From an uncultured Actinomycetes bacterium (GTDB lineage: Bacteria > Actinomycetota > Thermoleophilia > UBA2241): a stretch of 64,000 nt of DNA. The stretch lies in assembly GCA_963725665.1 (NCBI GenBank), contig CAVRZA010000011.1, positions 512,001-576,000 of the forward strand, written 5' to 3'. Shown piece by piece: positions 21,891 to 35,137 of this stretch. The translations under genes were made by a program, and so were the position numbers. The first letter of the stretch is position 1. Each line of letters begins with the position of its first letter. The notes beneath the pieces are model-generated. The model was not told where the DNA came from. It did not search any database and saw only the letters and a program-made list of their open reading frames with translations.

Positions 21891-22004
21891 AGCGATCAGC
21901 TCCTTGGTGGTCGCGCCCCTGGCCACCGTCAACAAGACGTCGTTCTTGACCGCGTAGAGGTGAGGGGTGGTGATGTTGCCCCTGAATCCCCTCTGCCTCT
22001 TCAT
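21855..22004 (-). pseudogene. 49-aa remnant of a second anti-sigma C-terminus
   Basis: Manual translation MKRQRGFRGNITTPHLYAVKNDVLLTVARGATTKELIAIAESLRPYRPD* matches the C-terminus of 23042-24556. Confidence 0.75.
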
Positions 22005-23027
22005 GACCTCTCCCTTCCCAGTGCCCCCCGGCCCTCAAAGCCGGATGGCTCCCAACCGCCTCTACGGTCGAGGCCTAGAACGGCATGCTTGGTGCTGGTG
22101 TAGTAGAGCGTCTCGCGGGCGATCCTGCCGTCGCGGATCTCCAGCACGGTCACGCCGTCGCCGCCGGCCCCCAACGAGCTGGCGGTCCAGATGACGGCCG
22201 CCCAACCGCGGCCGAAGGCATAGCGCAGGTGCGTGAAGATCAGGTCGGGCAGCCCCCCTTCGAAGATCTTGGCATAGCGCTCCTGCACCTGGTCGGGGCT
22301 GTCACCGACGGTGCTGGAGGCGGTGTCCATGAAGGCGATCGTGGGCGCGCTCAAGGCGGCCACTGCGGCCGCGTCCTTGGCCTGCAGCGCAGCCGCGTAC
22401 TTGAGCGCCACGCCCTCCGCCGCCGCCGGCGTGTCCGCGGGTCCCGGCGCCGACGTGAGCGGCTTGCGGCTCAAGCGGCTTGCCGTTGGGAAGGTTGTCC
22501 CAGTTCTGGTAGTAGTCGCCCTCATAGACGACCTTGCCGCCGCGGGTCTCCTGGACAGCGACCAACTCGATCATTGCTTTGTAGGTCTTGGTGAAGTCCC
22601 AGCGTTCCTCGATCACTGCCCAGCCGCGGCCGGCGTAGCCCGCCACCCAGCGGGCGCCCGAGTACTCGCGCAGGTTCCCGCGGAACGCCCCGACAACTGC
22701 GGCCCGGCCCTTGGAGTGCATGTCGTAGGTGAAGTCGTCGACGACCACGTCGCGGGCGTAGGGACGGACGAGCTTGGCGACGGTCGTCGCGTGGAGCGCG
22801 GCTCGTGCGAGGTCGACCACCCTCTGGGTGACGGCGACCGAGTCGCTGCCCACCAGGCGCTCGGGGGTGGCGGCGAGGGACGGGGACGCCTGCGGTGTCA
22901 ATCCTCCGCTCTTCGCGTTGGTCGCCGAGCTGCCGCATGCCGTCGCGCTCGCCATCAGCAACGCCAGCGCAGCGATCGCCAAGCCCGACGACAGCCCCGT
23001 CCCGCATCTGTGTTCGCGGATCCTCAC
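22001..23027 (-). CDS. Second double-SnoaL/NTF2-like lipoprotein, one frameshift near 22470
   Basis: Same signal-peptide start as 20839-21840 and an ATAC lipobox. Domain 1 is in ORF 22302-23246 and domain 2 (LEIRDGRIARETLY) is in ORF 22001-22525. Confidence 0.72.
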
Positions 23028-23077
23028 GACGTCCTCCAGTCTCAATCGGGTCGGTAGGGCCGCAGCGACTCGGCGAT
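22972..23077. repeat. 106-bp exact direct repeat, copy 2
   Basis: Identical to 21785-21890; spans the anti-sigma stop, the RBS and the first ~18 codons of the SnoaL gene. Confidence 0.92.
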
Positions 23078-24556
23078 GGCGACGAGCTCCTTGGCGCTCG
23101 CGCCCCCGGCGATGGTCAGCAGTACGTCGTCCTTGACGGCGTAGAGGTGGGGGATGGTGATGCGCGGCGCCACGACGACTCTGGCGGTGACGCCGGCGAA
23201 AGCGCCGGCGGTCAGCTTGATGTCTTGGCTCACGATCTCCCCCCAATTGGGCTCGACTTCAAACGGATCGTTCGTCGCGGCGCTCCGCGGGTCGCGTACC
23301 CTGCGGGTGGTGACGGTCAGGGCGTCAAACCCCCGCGTGTACTTGATGGCGACGACGTGGCGTCCTTTGGTCGCACCGTTCGCGGTGCTCGATCTGGCTG
23401 CGGCTGCGCACCAACGCTGCGCGTAGCCGGAAGGCAGCCATCCCGGCACGAGTGTGACGTAGCCCTTGGCCGAGGTGATGCCGGCGAGCGGAAGCCGGCG
23501 AAAGCCGCCGTCGGAGTGGTAGACCCTGACGTCCTTGGGGGGGGCGAAGGTGAAGGCGCTGTCGGGCAGGGGCTCGTCGATGCGCATGTTCTTCCAGTTC
23601 ATCTCGAGCTTGACTACGCCGTCTTGCACGGCCTGAAAGCGCGTCGGCAGGCACGTACGCTGGTCGATCGTGATGAGGGCGGTCTCATGCGGGTCCAGGC
23701 TCAGCGGACCTGCCAGCCCTCCGGACATGGATATCACCCACACCGGCCTGCCCTCGTACGAGGTCGTGTTGACCGTGGCCTTGCCACCAGCCTGCAGCGC
23801 CAGCGCCGTGGCACTGAGATCGACCCCAAAATCTGCCCAGCGGTCGGGCGGGCCGAGTGGAGCGTCCTTCGTCACGTCCGTGCGCAGACCGGGGGCCTCC
23901 GAGCTGAGGTAGTAGTCCCGGACCACTCCGGACGTCGCGTCGTAGGCCGTATCGATGCCGTTGGGGTCGGCGGGAAGAATGGACATGCCCCAGATCGTTT
24001 CCCCTGACGTACGCGAGTTCTGCGTCCGCGTACGACGGAAGCTGCCGTCGTCCCGCATGAGCAGGCGATAGCGGACGACGTCGTACTCAGGGACCTTGCC
24101 CGGCAAGAGCGCGACGGTGTACTTCATCGTGGCGTCCGTCTGGAGGGTCTTACCCGAGGAGAGGGCATGCAGCGCTTTCTGGATCACCTGGGCCGCAGAG
24201 ACGGGCTGCGGTCCTGAGAGGCGGGAGACGCCGGGCAGGCCGATCAGGACGGCCGCCGCGACGGCGGCCGCGATGCCGAAGGCGGCCGCCGTCGCCAGGA
24301 CGGGGTGACGGCTCCAGAGGGAGCGCGACCGGCGGGGCAGGCGGAGCCAGCCGCCGCCGGTCGCGCTCTCCGTCGCTTCGGGCACGGCGTGCTCGGGCGC
24401 TGGGCGTCTAGCCGCGCCCTCCTCCGCATCGACGCGCGCCCAGACGCTGGCGAGGAAGTCGGGCGGGTAGTCCGGGGAGTCCAGCTCGTCGAGAGCCCTG
24501 CCCAGCTCCACGTCGCGCTCCTCGCGGGGTCGCTCGTCGTCGTGTCGGCGCCTCAT
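23042..24556 (-). CDS. Putative single-pass anti-sigma factor with an extracytoplasmic LolA/RseB-like domain
   Basis: Overlaps the sigma stop (ATGA); short cytoplasmic N-terminus, one TM helix, IDQRTCLP...LPDSAFTFAPP LolA-like signature, then a VPGWLPSGY domain. Confidence 0.65.
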   Translation of the reverse strand: MRRRHDDERPREERDVELGRALDELDSPDYPPDFLASVWARVDAEEGAARRPAPEHAVPEATESATGGGWLRLPRRSRSLWSRHPVLATAAAFGIAAAVAAAVLIGLPGVSRLSGPQPVSAAQVIQKALHALSSGKTLQTDATMKYTVALLPGKVPEYDVVRYRLLMRDDGSFRRTRTQNSRTSGETIWGMSILPADPNGIDTAYDATSGVVRDYYLSSEAPGLRTDVTKDAPLGPPDRWADFGVDLSATALALQAGGKATVNTTSYEGRPVWVISMSGGLAGPLSLDPHETALITIDQRTCLPTRFQAVQDGVVKLEMNWKNMRIDEPLPDSAFTFAPPKDVRVYHSDGGFRRLPLAGITSAKGYVTLVPGWLPSGYAQRWCAAAARSSTANGATKGRHVVAIKYTRGFDALTVTTRRVRDPRSAATNDPFEVEPNWGEIVSQDIKLTAGAFAGVTARVVVAPRITIPHLYAVKDDVLLTIAGGASAKELVAIAESLRPYRPD

Positions 24557-25125
24557 GACAACGCCTCCCCGCCTTCGAGCGCGCGCCGCAAAGCGGCGCG
24601 CGCCGCCGACAGACGCGAAGCCAGCGTGCCCATCGGGATACCGAGTGCGGTGGCCGTCGTGCGGTAGTCGTAGCCGTCGCGATCGACCATCAGCACGGCG
24701 GCGCGGGCGTCGCTCGAAAGGGAGCGCAGCGCCGCGGCCAGGTCGGCATGCAGCGCCGCCTCGTCGGCGGGATCACGCACGAGGTGCAGCGAAGGCGGAT
24801 CGGCGTCGGCGTAGACCGCCGTGCGCTGCTTTCTTCGCTCAAGGTGGTCGAGACAGGTGGTGTAGGTGATGCGGTAGAGCCAGGTCCCGACCGAGGAACG
24901 CCCTTCGAACCCCGGCAGGCCGCCGAACGCCTTCACGTAGACATCCTGCATGGCCTCGATGGCGGACTCGCGGTCGTCGAGCAGCCGGTAGGCGAGCGAG
25001 CGCAGGCGGCGGTCGTAATGGTCCATCAGCTGAACGAAAGCATCCCGGTCGCCGCGCTTCGCCCTGCGCAGGACGCTCGCGTCCAGCTCGTCCCGACCCC
25101 TATCGGCATCGTCTGCTGACGCCAC
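24553..25125 (-). CDS. ECF RNA polymerase sigma factor
   Basis: RAKRGDRDAF, QDVYVKAF, FEGRSSVGTWLYRI (region 2) and LGIPMGTLASRLSAAR (region 4). Confidence 0.92.
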   Translation of the reverse strand: MASADDADRGRDELDASVLRRAKRGDRDAFVQLMDHYDRRLRSLAYRLLDDRESAIEAMQDVYVKAFGGLPGFEGRSSVGTWLYRITYTTCLDHLERRKQRTAVYADADPPSLHLVRDPADEAALHADLAAALRSLSSDARAAVLMVDRDGYDYRTTATALGIPMGTLASRLSAARAALRRALEGGEALS

Positions 25126-25326
25126 GGCGGCGCTCCCCCACGCTTCGCCACCGAACAGAGGACGGACGGGGGAAGACCAGGCACACGCGAAGGGACCCCA
25201 AGCCCGGTCTCCGACCGTCAGAACCAAGGGAACCATACACCCCCCAAGCGGCAGTGGATGTGACGGAGAGACTTAGACGGCACGGGCGGCGGTTTCTTCG
25301 ACGAAGGTGAAGAAGTCCACCCCAAG

Positions 25327-26598
25327 CTACTCAGCGACCGCCTCCGTCGAGGTGGGCGACGGCGGCCTTGCCGACGGTCTCGCGGTGCCGCGCACCCGCC
25401 AGACGTCGCGCAGCGCAAGCACCCAGATGCCGAAGACGATGCCGAGTACCGCCGACAGCCACAGCGCGGCGTCGAGGCCAATCGCCTCGGCGAGCGGTCC
25501 GGCGAGGACGAGCCCGACCGGCCAGAGGCCACCGCTGACCATCCAGTCCCAACTGCTCACCCGCCCCAGTGACTCGCCGGGGATCTCGCGCTGCAGGGTG
25601 GTCTGCCAGATGGCGATGAGCACCCCGATGACGATGCCGCGCAGGAACCAGACCGTGCACAGCGCGGCGGGAGGAAGCCGCAGTGCGAGCGCGATCATCG
25701 GCGCCGAGACGCTCAAGCCCAGGAGCGTCACGGCGACCAAGGGGCGCGTGGGCTTGTAGTAGAGGGCAACCAGGCCGCCGATGAGCATGCCGAGGCTGAA
25801 CAGCCCGACGAGGAAACCCCAGAGCGCCGCGCTCTCGTGTTGTTCGGTGATGGCGAGCGGGCCGAGCACCTGCAGCGGAGAGATCGTCACGAAGAGCACG
25901 AGCATGGTGCTCAGCATCATCGCCCACAGCCACGTCCGCGACCGGACCTCGTGCCACCCGGCGCGCAGGTCGCTGAGAAAGCCGTGGTTCGCCGCGTCGC
26001 GAGCCAGCGCCGGCACGCGCAGCGTGAGCAAGAAGGCAGCGCTCACGAGGAAGGTGACGGCGTCTATGGCGAGCGCGCCCCCCGATCCGATGAGCGCGAC
26101 CAGCACGCCGGAGACCGACGGCCCCACGAACCAGCCCAGGCCGTCGGCCACGCCCCTCAGGGCGTTGGCCTCCTGGAGCCGGTCCGGCGGCACGATCTGC
26201 GGGATGAGGGCGATAGCCGCCGGGAAGAAGAAGGCCTCACCGCAGCCGAACACGAAACCGAGCAGGGCAAGGCTCCAGATCTGGGCACGGTCCGTGAGAA
26301 GAAGCGCCGCGATGACGGCCATGACCACGCAGCGGAACAGGTCGGAGGCGATCATCACACGCTCCCGCCGCAGGCGGTCGGCCCACACGCCGCCGACGAG
26401 GGTGAAGAGCACCTCCGGCACCGCGAACGCGGCCAGCACCAGGCCGACGTCGGTGCCCGAGCCGGTGAGGTCCAGCACGGCGAAGGTGAGCGCGACCGGC
26501 ACTAGCCCGTCGCCGAAGAGCGACACCGTCTGGCCGATGAACAGGTTGCGGAAGTTGCGCAGACGCAGGACGGCGAGGCGGTCCTTGAGGCCTTCCAT
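25327..26598 (-). CDS. MFS transporter (DHA3/macrolide-efflux-like)
   Basis: FRNLFIGQTVSLFGD, GGVWADRLRRERVMIASD, about 12 hydrophobic segments and LGRVSS. Confidence 0.88.
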   Translation of the reverse strand: MEGLKDRLAVLRLRNFRNLFIGQTVSLFGDGLVPVALTFAVLDLTGSGTDVGLVLAAFAVPEVLFTLVGGVWADRLRRERVMIASDLFRCVVMAVIAALLLTDRAQIWSLALLGFVFGCGEAFFFPAAIALIPQIVPPDRLQEANALRGVADGLGWFVGPSVSGVLVALIGSGGALAIDAVTFLVSAAFLLTLRVPALARDAANHGFLSDLRAGWHEVRSRTWLWAMMLSTMLVLFVTISPLQVLGPLAITEQHESAALWGFLVGLFSLGMLIGGLVALYYKPTRPLVAVTLLGLSVSAPMIALALRLPPAALCTVWFLRGIVIGVLIAIWQTTLQREIPGESLGRVSSWDWMVSGGLWPVGLVLAGPLAEAIGLDAALWLSAVLGIVFGIWVLALRDVWRVRGTARPSARPPSPTSTEAVAE

Positions 26599-26708
26599 CC
26601 CTCGACTCCCCTCCTCGAGTGGGGAGGATGATACGCCCCCTGAGGCGGTCGAGAGTGCCCTGCGGCCCCCGACGCTGGAGCCCGCCATGCGGTAGGCTGT
26701 AGCGCGGC

Positions 26709-27494
26709 ATGAGGAACGAGAGCCAGGCCACCTCACAGAGAGGATCCCCGCGCACGTCGTCACCCGAGGCGGTGCAGACGCTGCCGCTGCCCACGCCCCG
26801 CTGCGTGATCCTCGACGTCGATCGGACGCTCATGGAGCCGGGCGACGTCTTCAGCGCGGAAGGCTACGCGGCGATGGGCGAGCGCTGCGGCCTGGCCCTC
26901 GACCCGGCGCGCTGGCTCGAAGGCCAGGCCGCAGCGCTCGCCGCCTACCGCGCGGACTACCGCGCCAAAGAGCTCTTGCACGACGACGACGTCTTCGCCC
27001 GCTTCGCCGAGATCGTGGTCAGGACGATGGCCGGCCCCGAGGCCGATGCGTGGGCCGTCAAGGAGTGCACGGACGGTGTCCTCGAGGCCTGGAACAGCTA
27101 CGAGAACTTCGCTCTCTACACCGACGTCGAGCCCTGTCTCGAACGGCTGCACGAAGCCGGCCTGCGCGTCGCGCTGCTCTCGAACACCAACCGCGACCTC
27201 GAGGCCATCGTGGACCATTTCGGCCTGCGCCAGTTCATCGCCGTCACGCTCTCGAGCGCCCAGGTCGGGCACGTGAAACCCTCGCCGCGCATCTTCGCCG
27301 CCATGCTCGACGCCCTCGGTGCGCGGGCGCACGACACGGTCATGGTCGGCGACAGCTACGAGGAGGACGTGCGCGGCGCCCTGGCCGCCGGTCTCGGAGC
27401 GATCCTCCTCGACCGCGGCGGCGGTGCGCCGCACCACGACGACTGCCCCACCATCACATCACTGCTGGAGCTGCCGCCGTCGCTGGGGATCTAG
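26709..27494 (+). CDS. HAD-superfamily hydrolase
   Basis: LDVDRTL motif I, LSN, KPSPRIF and VGDSYEEDV. Confidence 0.88.
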   Translation: MRNESQATSQRGSPRTSSPEAVQTLPLPTPRCVILDVDRTLMEPGDVFSAEGYAAMGERCGLALDPARWLEGQAAALAAYRADYRAKELLHDDDVFARFAEIVVRTMAGPEADAWAVKECTDGVLEAWNSYENFALYTDVEPCLERLHEAGLRVALLSNTNRDLEAIVDHFGLRQFIAVTLSSAQVGHVKPSPRIFAAMLDALGARAHDTVMVGDSYEEDVRGALAAGLGAILLDRGGGAPHHDDCPTITSLLELPPSLGI

Positions 27495-27569
27495 CCGGCA
27501 AGAGAGGCGCTGCGGTCGGCGGCGGGGATCTGGGTCGAAGCAGCCAGTCGGCCGCCGGCCGAGCGTCGG

Positions 27570-28898
27570 CTACTTCGTCTTCGGCACCAGCGCGTAGAGG
27601 GTGCGCACCCCGCAGAGGTAGACCGTGCTGTCGCTGGCGGTGACGGGCGTGTACTTGCCGTCGGGGAAGGTCCACAGGCGCTTGCCCGTGCGAGCGCTCA
27701 GCCCGTAGGTCTTGCTCCCCAGGGTCGAGAAGTAGACGACGCCGTCGAGCACCGTCGGCGAGCCCGAGATGGGGTCCCCGGCCGGAAAGCTCCAGCGCAA
27801 CTTGCCTGTTCGCGCGTCGAGGGCGTAGAAGCTCTGGTCGTAGGAGCCCTCGAGGACGAGGCCGTTCCAGACGGCCGGCGAGGAGTAGACGTAGCCGTTC
27901 GTTGAGAAGGACCAGCGTCTGCCACCGTTGGTGAGGTCGAAGGCGAAGATGTTGCCCCCGACACTACCGACGTAGGCGGTGTTGTAGGCGAGGGCGGCGG
28001 TCGCGTAGAAAGCGTCCGAGCCGAACACGTAGCGCTTGATGTGGCTCCTCCAGAGGAGCCTGCCGCTGAAGTTCAGGCAGTAGACGGTGCCGTCGTAGGA
28101 GCCGATCACGATGCGGTCGTCGAGCTGCGACGGGCTGGCGTCGAACCGTTGCCGCGCCGAGAAGGTCCAGGCCAGCTTCGGTCGGCCGACCAGACGCCCA
28201 TCCTTGAGGGTCGGCACGTCGAGGGCGTACACCTTGTTGTCGCGGGCGCCGAAGAAGACGCGCTTGCGCCACACGAGCGGCGACGACTCGTTCGGCCCTA
28301 TCCCGGTCCACTTCCAGAGCAGCTTCCCGTCTTGCGCGTCGAGCGCATAGAGTGCGCCGCCCTTGCGCGAGTCCTTCGTGGGGTGGGGACCCATCGAGGA
28401 GACGTAGACGACACCGTCTGAGACCGTCGGCGTCGCGGCCATCAGACCGTTGGCGCGATACGTCCAGATGACCCTGCCCGTCTCGGCGTCGGAGCAGCGG
28501 ACGAGCCCATGCATGGTGTTGAAGTACAGGCGCCCGTCGACGATGCTGGGAGGAAACTCGAGCAGGTCCCCGGCGGCGTACTTCCACTTGACGCGAAACG
28601 GCGGGCGGAGCTGCACGTCGGGGTTGTAGCGCGTGCGCGCCCGATCGTAGCCGTACGTCGGCCAGCCGCTTGCCGACGCCGAGGGCTGCACCGAGGGCGT
28701 CGCGGTGACGATCGCCGAGGGGAACGACGTGGGGGCGGGACCGCTCGAGCGGCTGCGCAGGGCGAGGGCGACGCCGCCGAGGGCGATCGCGGCGATGACC
28801 GCCACGGCGACGATGTCGAGGACCCTGAAGAGCGTGCGGTGAGGCCGGCCGCCTGATGGCGTCTGGGGGGAGTCGGATGTCGGTGTGGCGGGATCCAC
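27570..28898 (-). CDS. Membrane-anchored PQQ-type beta-propeller protein
   Basis: N-terminal TM helix, WPTYGYDRARTRY and repeated SSP...GSYD..FYALDA.TG...W units. Confidence 0.85.
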   Translation of the reverse strand: MDPATPTSDSPQTPSGGRPHRTLFRVLDIVAVAVIAAIALGGVALALRSRSSGPAPTSFPSAIVTATPSVQPSASASGWPTYGYDRARTRYNPDVQLRPPFRVKWKYAAGDLLEFPPSIVDGRLYFNTMHGLVRCSDAETGRVIWTYRANGLMAATPTVSDGVVYVSSMGPHPTKDSRKGGALYALDAQDGKLLWKWTGIGPNESSPLVWRKRVFFGARDNKVYALDVPTLKDGRLVGRPKLAWTFSARQRFDASPSQLDDRIVIGSYDGTVYCLNFSGRLLWRSHIKRYVFGSDAFYATAALAYNTAYVGSVGGNIFAFDLTNGGRRWSFSTNGYVYSSPAVWNGLVLEGSYDQSFYALDARTGKLRWSFPAGDPISGSPTVLDGVVYFSTLGSKTYGLSARTGKRLWTFPDGKYTPVTASDSTVYLCGVRTLYALVPKTK

Positions 28899-29067
28899 GG
28901 CGTCGCGGCGGGCAGTCTACCCACTCTGGTGCGGGGTGTCCACGGCCGCCGCTGCGTCGGAGACGCTTCGCCCGACGCCGCGGCATCGGTACATCGGCCC
29001 TTCCATGGCCGAGCGATAGGGTATAACGTGCGGCAGCCCGCGTGTGCGTAGGAGGACAAGCGTCAGA

Positions 29068-30195
29068 GTGACCGAGAAGATCAGGCTCACGCAGTACGCC
29101 GCCAAGAGCGGTTGAGCGTCGAAGGTGGGTCCGTGCGACCTGGACGCGATACTGCACGCGCTGCCGCACGTCTCGGGTGAGATGTCGCGGCTGCTCGAGA
29201 CCAAGGACGACGCCGCCGTCGTCCCGCTGACGGACGACCTCTGCCTGGTGCAGACGGTCGACTTCTTCACGCCCATCGTCGACGACGGCTACTGGTTCGG
29301 CCAGATCGCGGCCGCCAACGCCCTCTCCGATATCTACGCGATGGGCGCCGAACCGCGCACCGCCCTGAACCTCGTGGCCTATCCCATGGAGCTCGACCAC
29401 GAGCCGTTGCGCGAGATCCTGCGCGGCGGGGCAGACAAGGTGGCCGAGGCGGGCGCCGAGCTCGCCGGAGGCCACTCCATCGACGACAAAGAGCCCAAGT
29501 ACGGCCTCGCCGTGACGGGCCTAGCGCGCGCCGACGAGATCGTCTACAACCGCGGCGCCTGGCCGGGAGACAAGCTCGTGCTCACCAAACGCCTCGGGAT
29601 CGGCGTGCTGGCGAGCGCGCTCAAGCAGGGGCTGATCGAGGAGCGCGACATGATGCCGGCGATCCGCGAGGCGGCGGCGTTGAACGCCGCCGCCTCGCGC
29701 GCCATGCGCCGGGTCGGGGTGCACGCGGCCACCGACGTGAGCGGCTTCGGCCTGCTCGGCCACCTCGCTGAGCTTCTCGATGCGAGCGGGGTGGGCGCGG
29801 TCGTGGACCTCGACGAGGTGCCGGTCCACGACCGCGTGCACGACTTCATCGCGCAGGGTGTCTACGCCGGCGGCCTGCGCGCCAACCGCGACTACTTCGG
29901 CGAGCGCGTCACCGTGTCGAGCATGCGCGCCGGGGTCGAGAGTGGCGTCGAGTCCGACGTCGAGCCGGGCGCGCGGCAGCCGAGCGAAGAGCGCGAACAA
30001 GGGGTGGGGGAGCGTCCCGACCTCGACGATCCGCGCATCCTCGCCCTCTTCGACCCCCAGACGTCGGGCGGCCTGCTCATCGCCGTCTCCCCCGAGCGTC
30101 TCCTCGCGCTGTTCGAGGCGCTGACGGCGGGTGACGTCGAGGCCTGGACCATCGGCGAGGTGAGCGCCGAGGCGGGCCGCATCGTCGTCCGCTGA
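29068..30195 (+). CDS. selD: Selenide, water dikinase, selenoprotein form (Sec at codon 16)
   Basis: GTG 29068 with GGAGG RBS gives IRLTQYAAKSG-U(TGA 29113-29115)-ASK, in frame with ORF 29125. Also DDAAV, QTVDFFTP, ANALSDIYAMG, TDVSGFGLLGH and DPQTSGGLL. Confidence 0.96.
29116..29147 (+). promoter_or_regulatory. Bacterial SECIS element of selD
   Basis: Immediately 3' of the UGA: lower stem GCGTC/GACGC, upper stem GGTC/GACC and a G-containing loop CGTGC. Confidence 0.7.
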
Positions 30196-30219
30196 GAGGC
30201 GTCCGGGCCGCCGCGATCG

Positions 30220-30273
30220 TTGTCAACCTTATCCGACTTAATCAGCCCTTGATGAGTCGGATAAGGTTGACAA
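30220..30273. repeat. AT-rich perfect 19-bp inverted repeat
   Basis: TTGTCAACCTTATCCGACT-(16 nt)-AGTCGGATAAGGTTGACAA between selD and selA. Confidence 0.9.
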
Positions 30274-30341
30274 GAGCGGCGCACCTTGAGTGTTCCCTCC
30301 GCGCGTCCGCCGCCGTCGCGCGTGCGGTACAGTAGCGGGCG

Positions 30342-33919
<3,578 letters not shown>

Positions 33920-33978
33920 CCGTTCTGAGTCACGACTTCGCGGGCGAGCGAACTGAGAGGCTCAGGTGCGCAGCCCGG

Positions 33979-35056
33979 CTAGAGCCGGGTGGCGCCGTAG
34001 TAGTCGGACGACAGCGAGTCGTAGCGGACGACGGCCCCGGTGTAGGGGGCGTCGATCATGCTGCCGCCGCCGGCGTAGATGCCCACGTGGTGGATGCTCG
34101 CCGCCGAGTACCCGAAGAAGACCAGGTCGCCGGGCGCCAGCTGGTCGCGCGACAGGTGCGTGCCGTAGCCGTACTGCATGGCGGCGCTGTGCGGCAGCGA
34201 GATGCCGAGCTGGGCGTAGACGTACATGACGAGGCCGGAGCAGTCGAAGCCGCTCGGCGAGGCACCGCCCCACACGTAGGGCACACCGAGGTAGCGCTGC
34301 GCGATGGCGACGGCCGAGGAGTGGCCGCTGCCCGGCGGGACGAACGTCGTGCCGGGGACGTCCGGCGGTCTCCCCGCCGACTGGGCGGCCTGGCGCTGTG
34401 CGGCCGCGGCCGCGGCGGCCCGCGCCGCCGCGCGGCGGGCCGCAGCCGCAGCCTCGGCCTCCATCCGCTTGAGTCTGAGACTTGAGCTTCTGCGCGAGCT
34501 CCTGGCGCGCCTGCAGGGCGCCGCCGACCGCCGCCTTCTCTCTCTCGCGCTGGACGACCAGGCGCGCGGCCTCCTTGCGTGCCGCGATCAGGGCCGCGCG
34601 CTGCTTGACGATCTGGGCCTTGAGCCGTTCGACGGCGTCGACGATCTGCGAATCCTGGCTGCTGAGCTTCTCCATGTAGGCGATCTGCGTCAGCAGGTCG
34701 TCGAAGCTCCTGCTGCCGAGGACGACGTCGACGACGTCGGTGGGGCGCTGCTTGTAGAGGGCGACGACGCGCTCGCGCAGGCGCTCGCGCGCCACGGACA
34801 GCTCGTAGCGAGCGATCGTCAGGCGGCGTCTGTTCTCGGTGACTTTGGCTTTGACGATGTCGAGCTTGGCCGTCGCCTCGTTGTAGCGCTCGACGGCCAG
34901 CTCGAGCTTCGCGTTCAGCGCCTCGATCTGCGCCACGGCCTGCTTGTACTCGGCGCGCTTCTGGGAGATGGGGGTCGCCTGGGCGACGCCCGAAGAGAGG
35001 GCTACGGTGAGAAGGATCGTGAGGAAGGCGAGGGAGCCGACCAGTCGTCTGTGCAT
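33979..35056 (-). CDS. Secreted coiled-coil NlpC/P60 peptidoglycan endopeptidase (RipA/CwlO-like), frameshift near 34470
   Basis: Signal peptide and coiled coil in ORF 33962-35056; LGVPYVWGGASPSGFDCSGL...PGDLVFF...HHVGIY in ORF 33979-34464. Confidence 0.9.
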
Positions 35057-35137
35057 GTCCGCCTCCTTTCGGAGCCGCTGCGGTCGCCCGCCGCTCGCTC
35101 CTTGAGGTGGGCGCGTCTCGTACGCCTCGTCGCTTGC

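Noticed and set aside
25265-25300. ECF autoregulatory promoter GAAAC...CGTC on the minus strand
   Set aside because: The spacing is 12 nt rather than the ~16 typical of such promoters.
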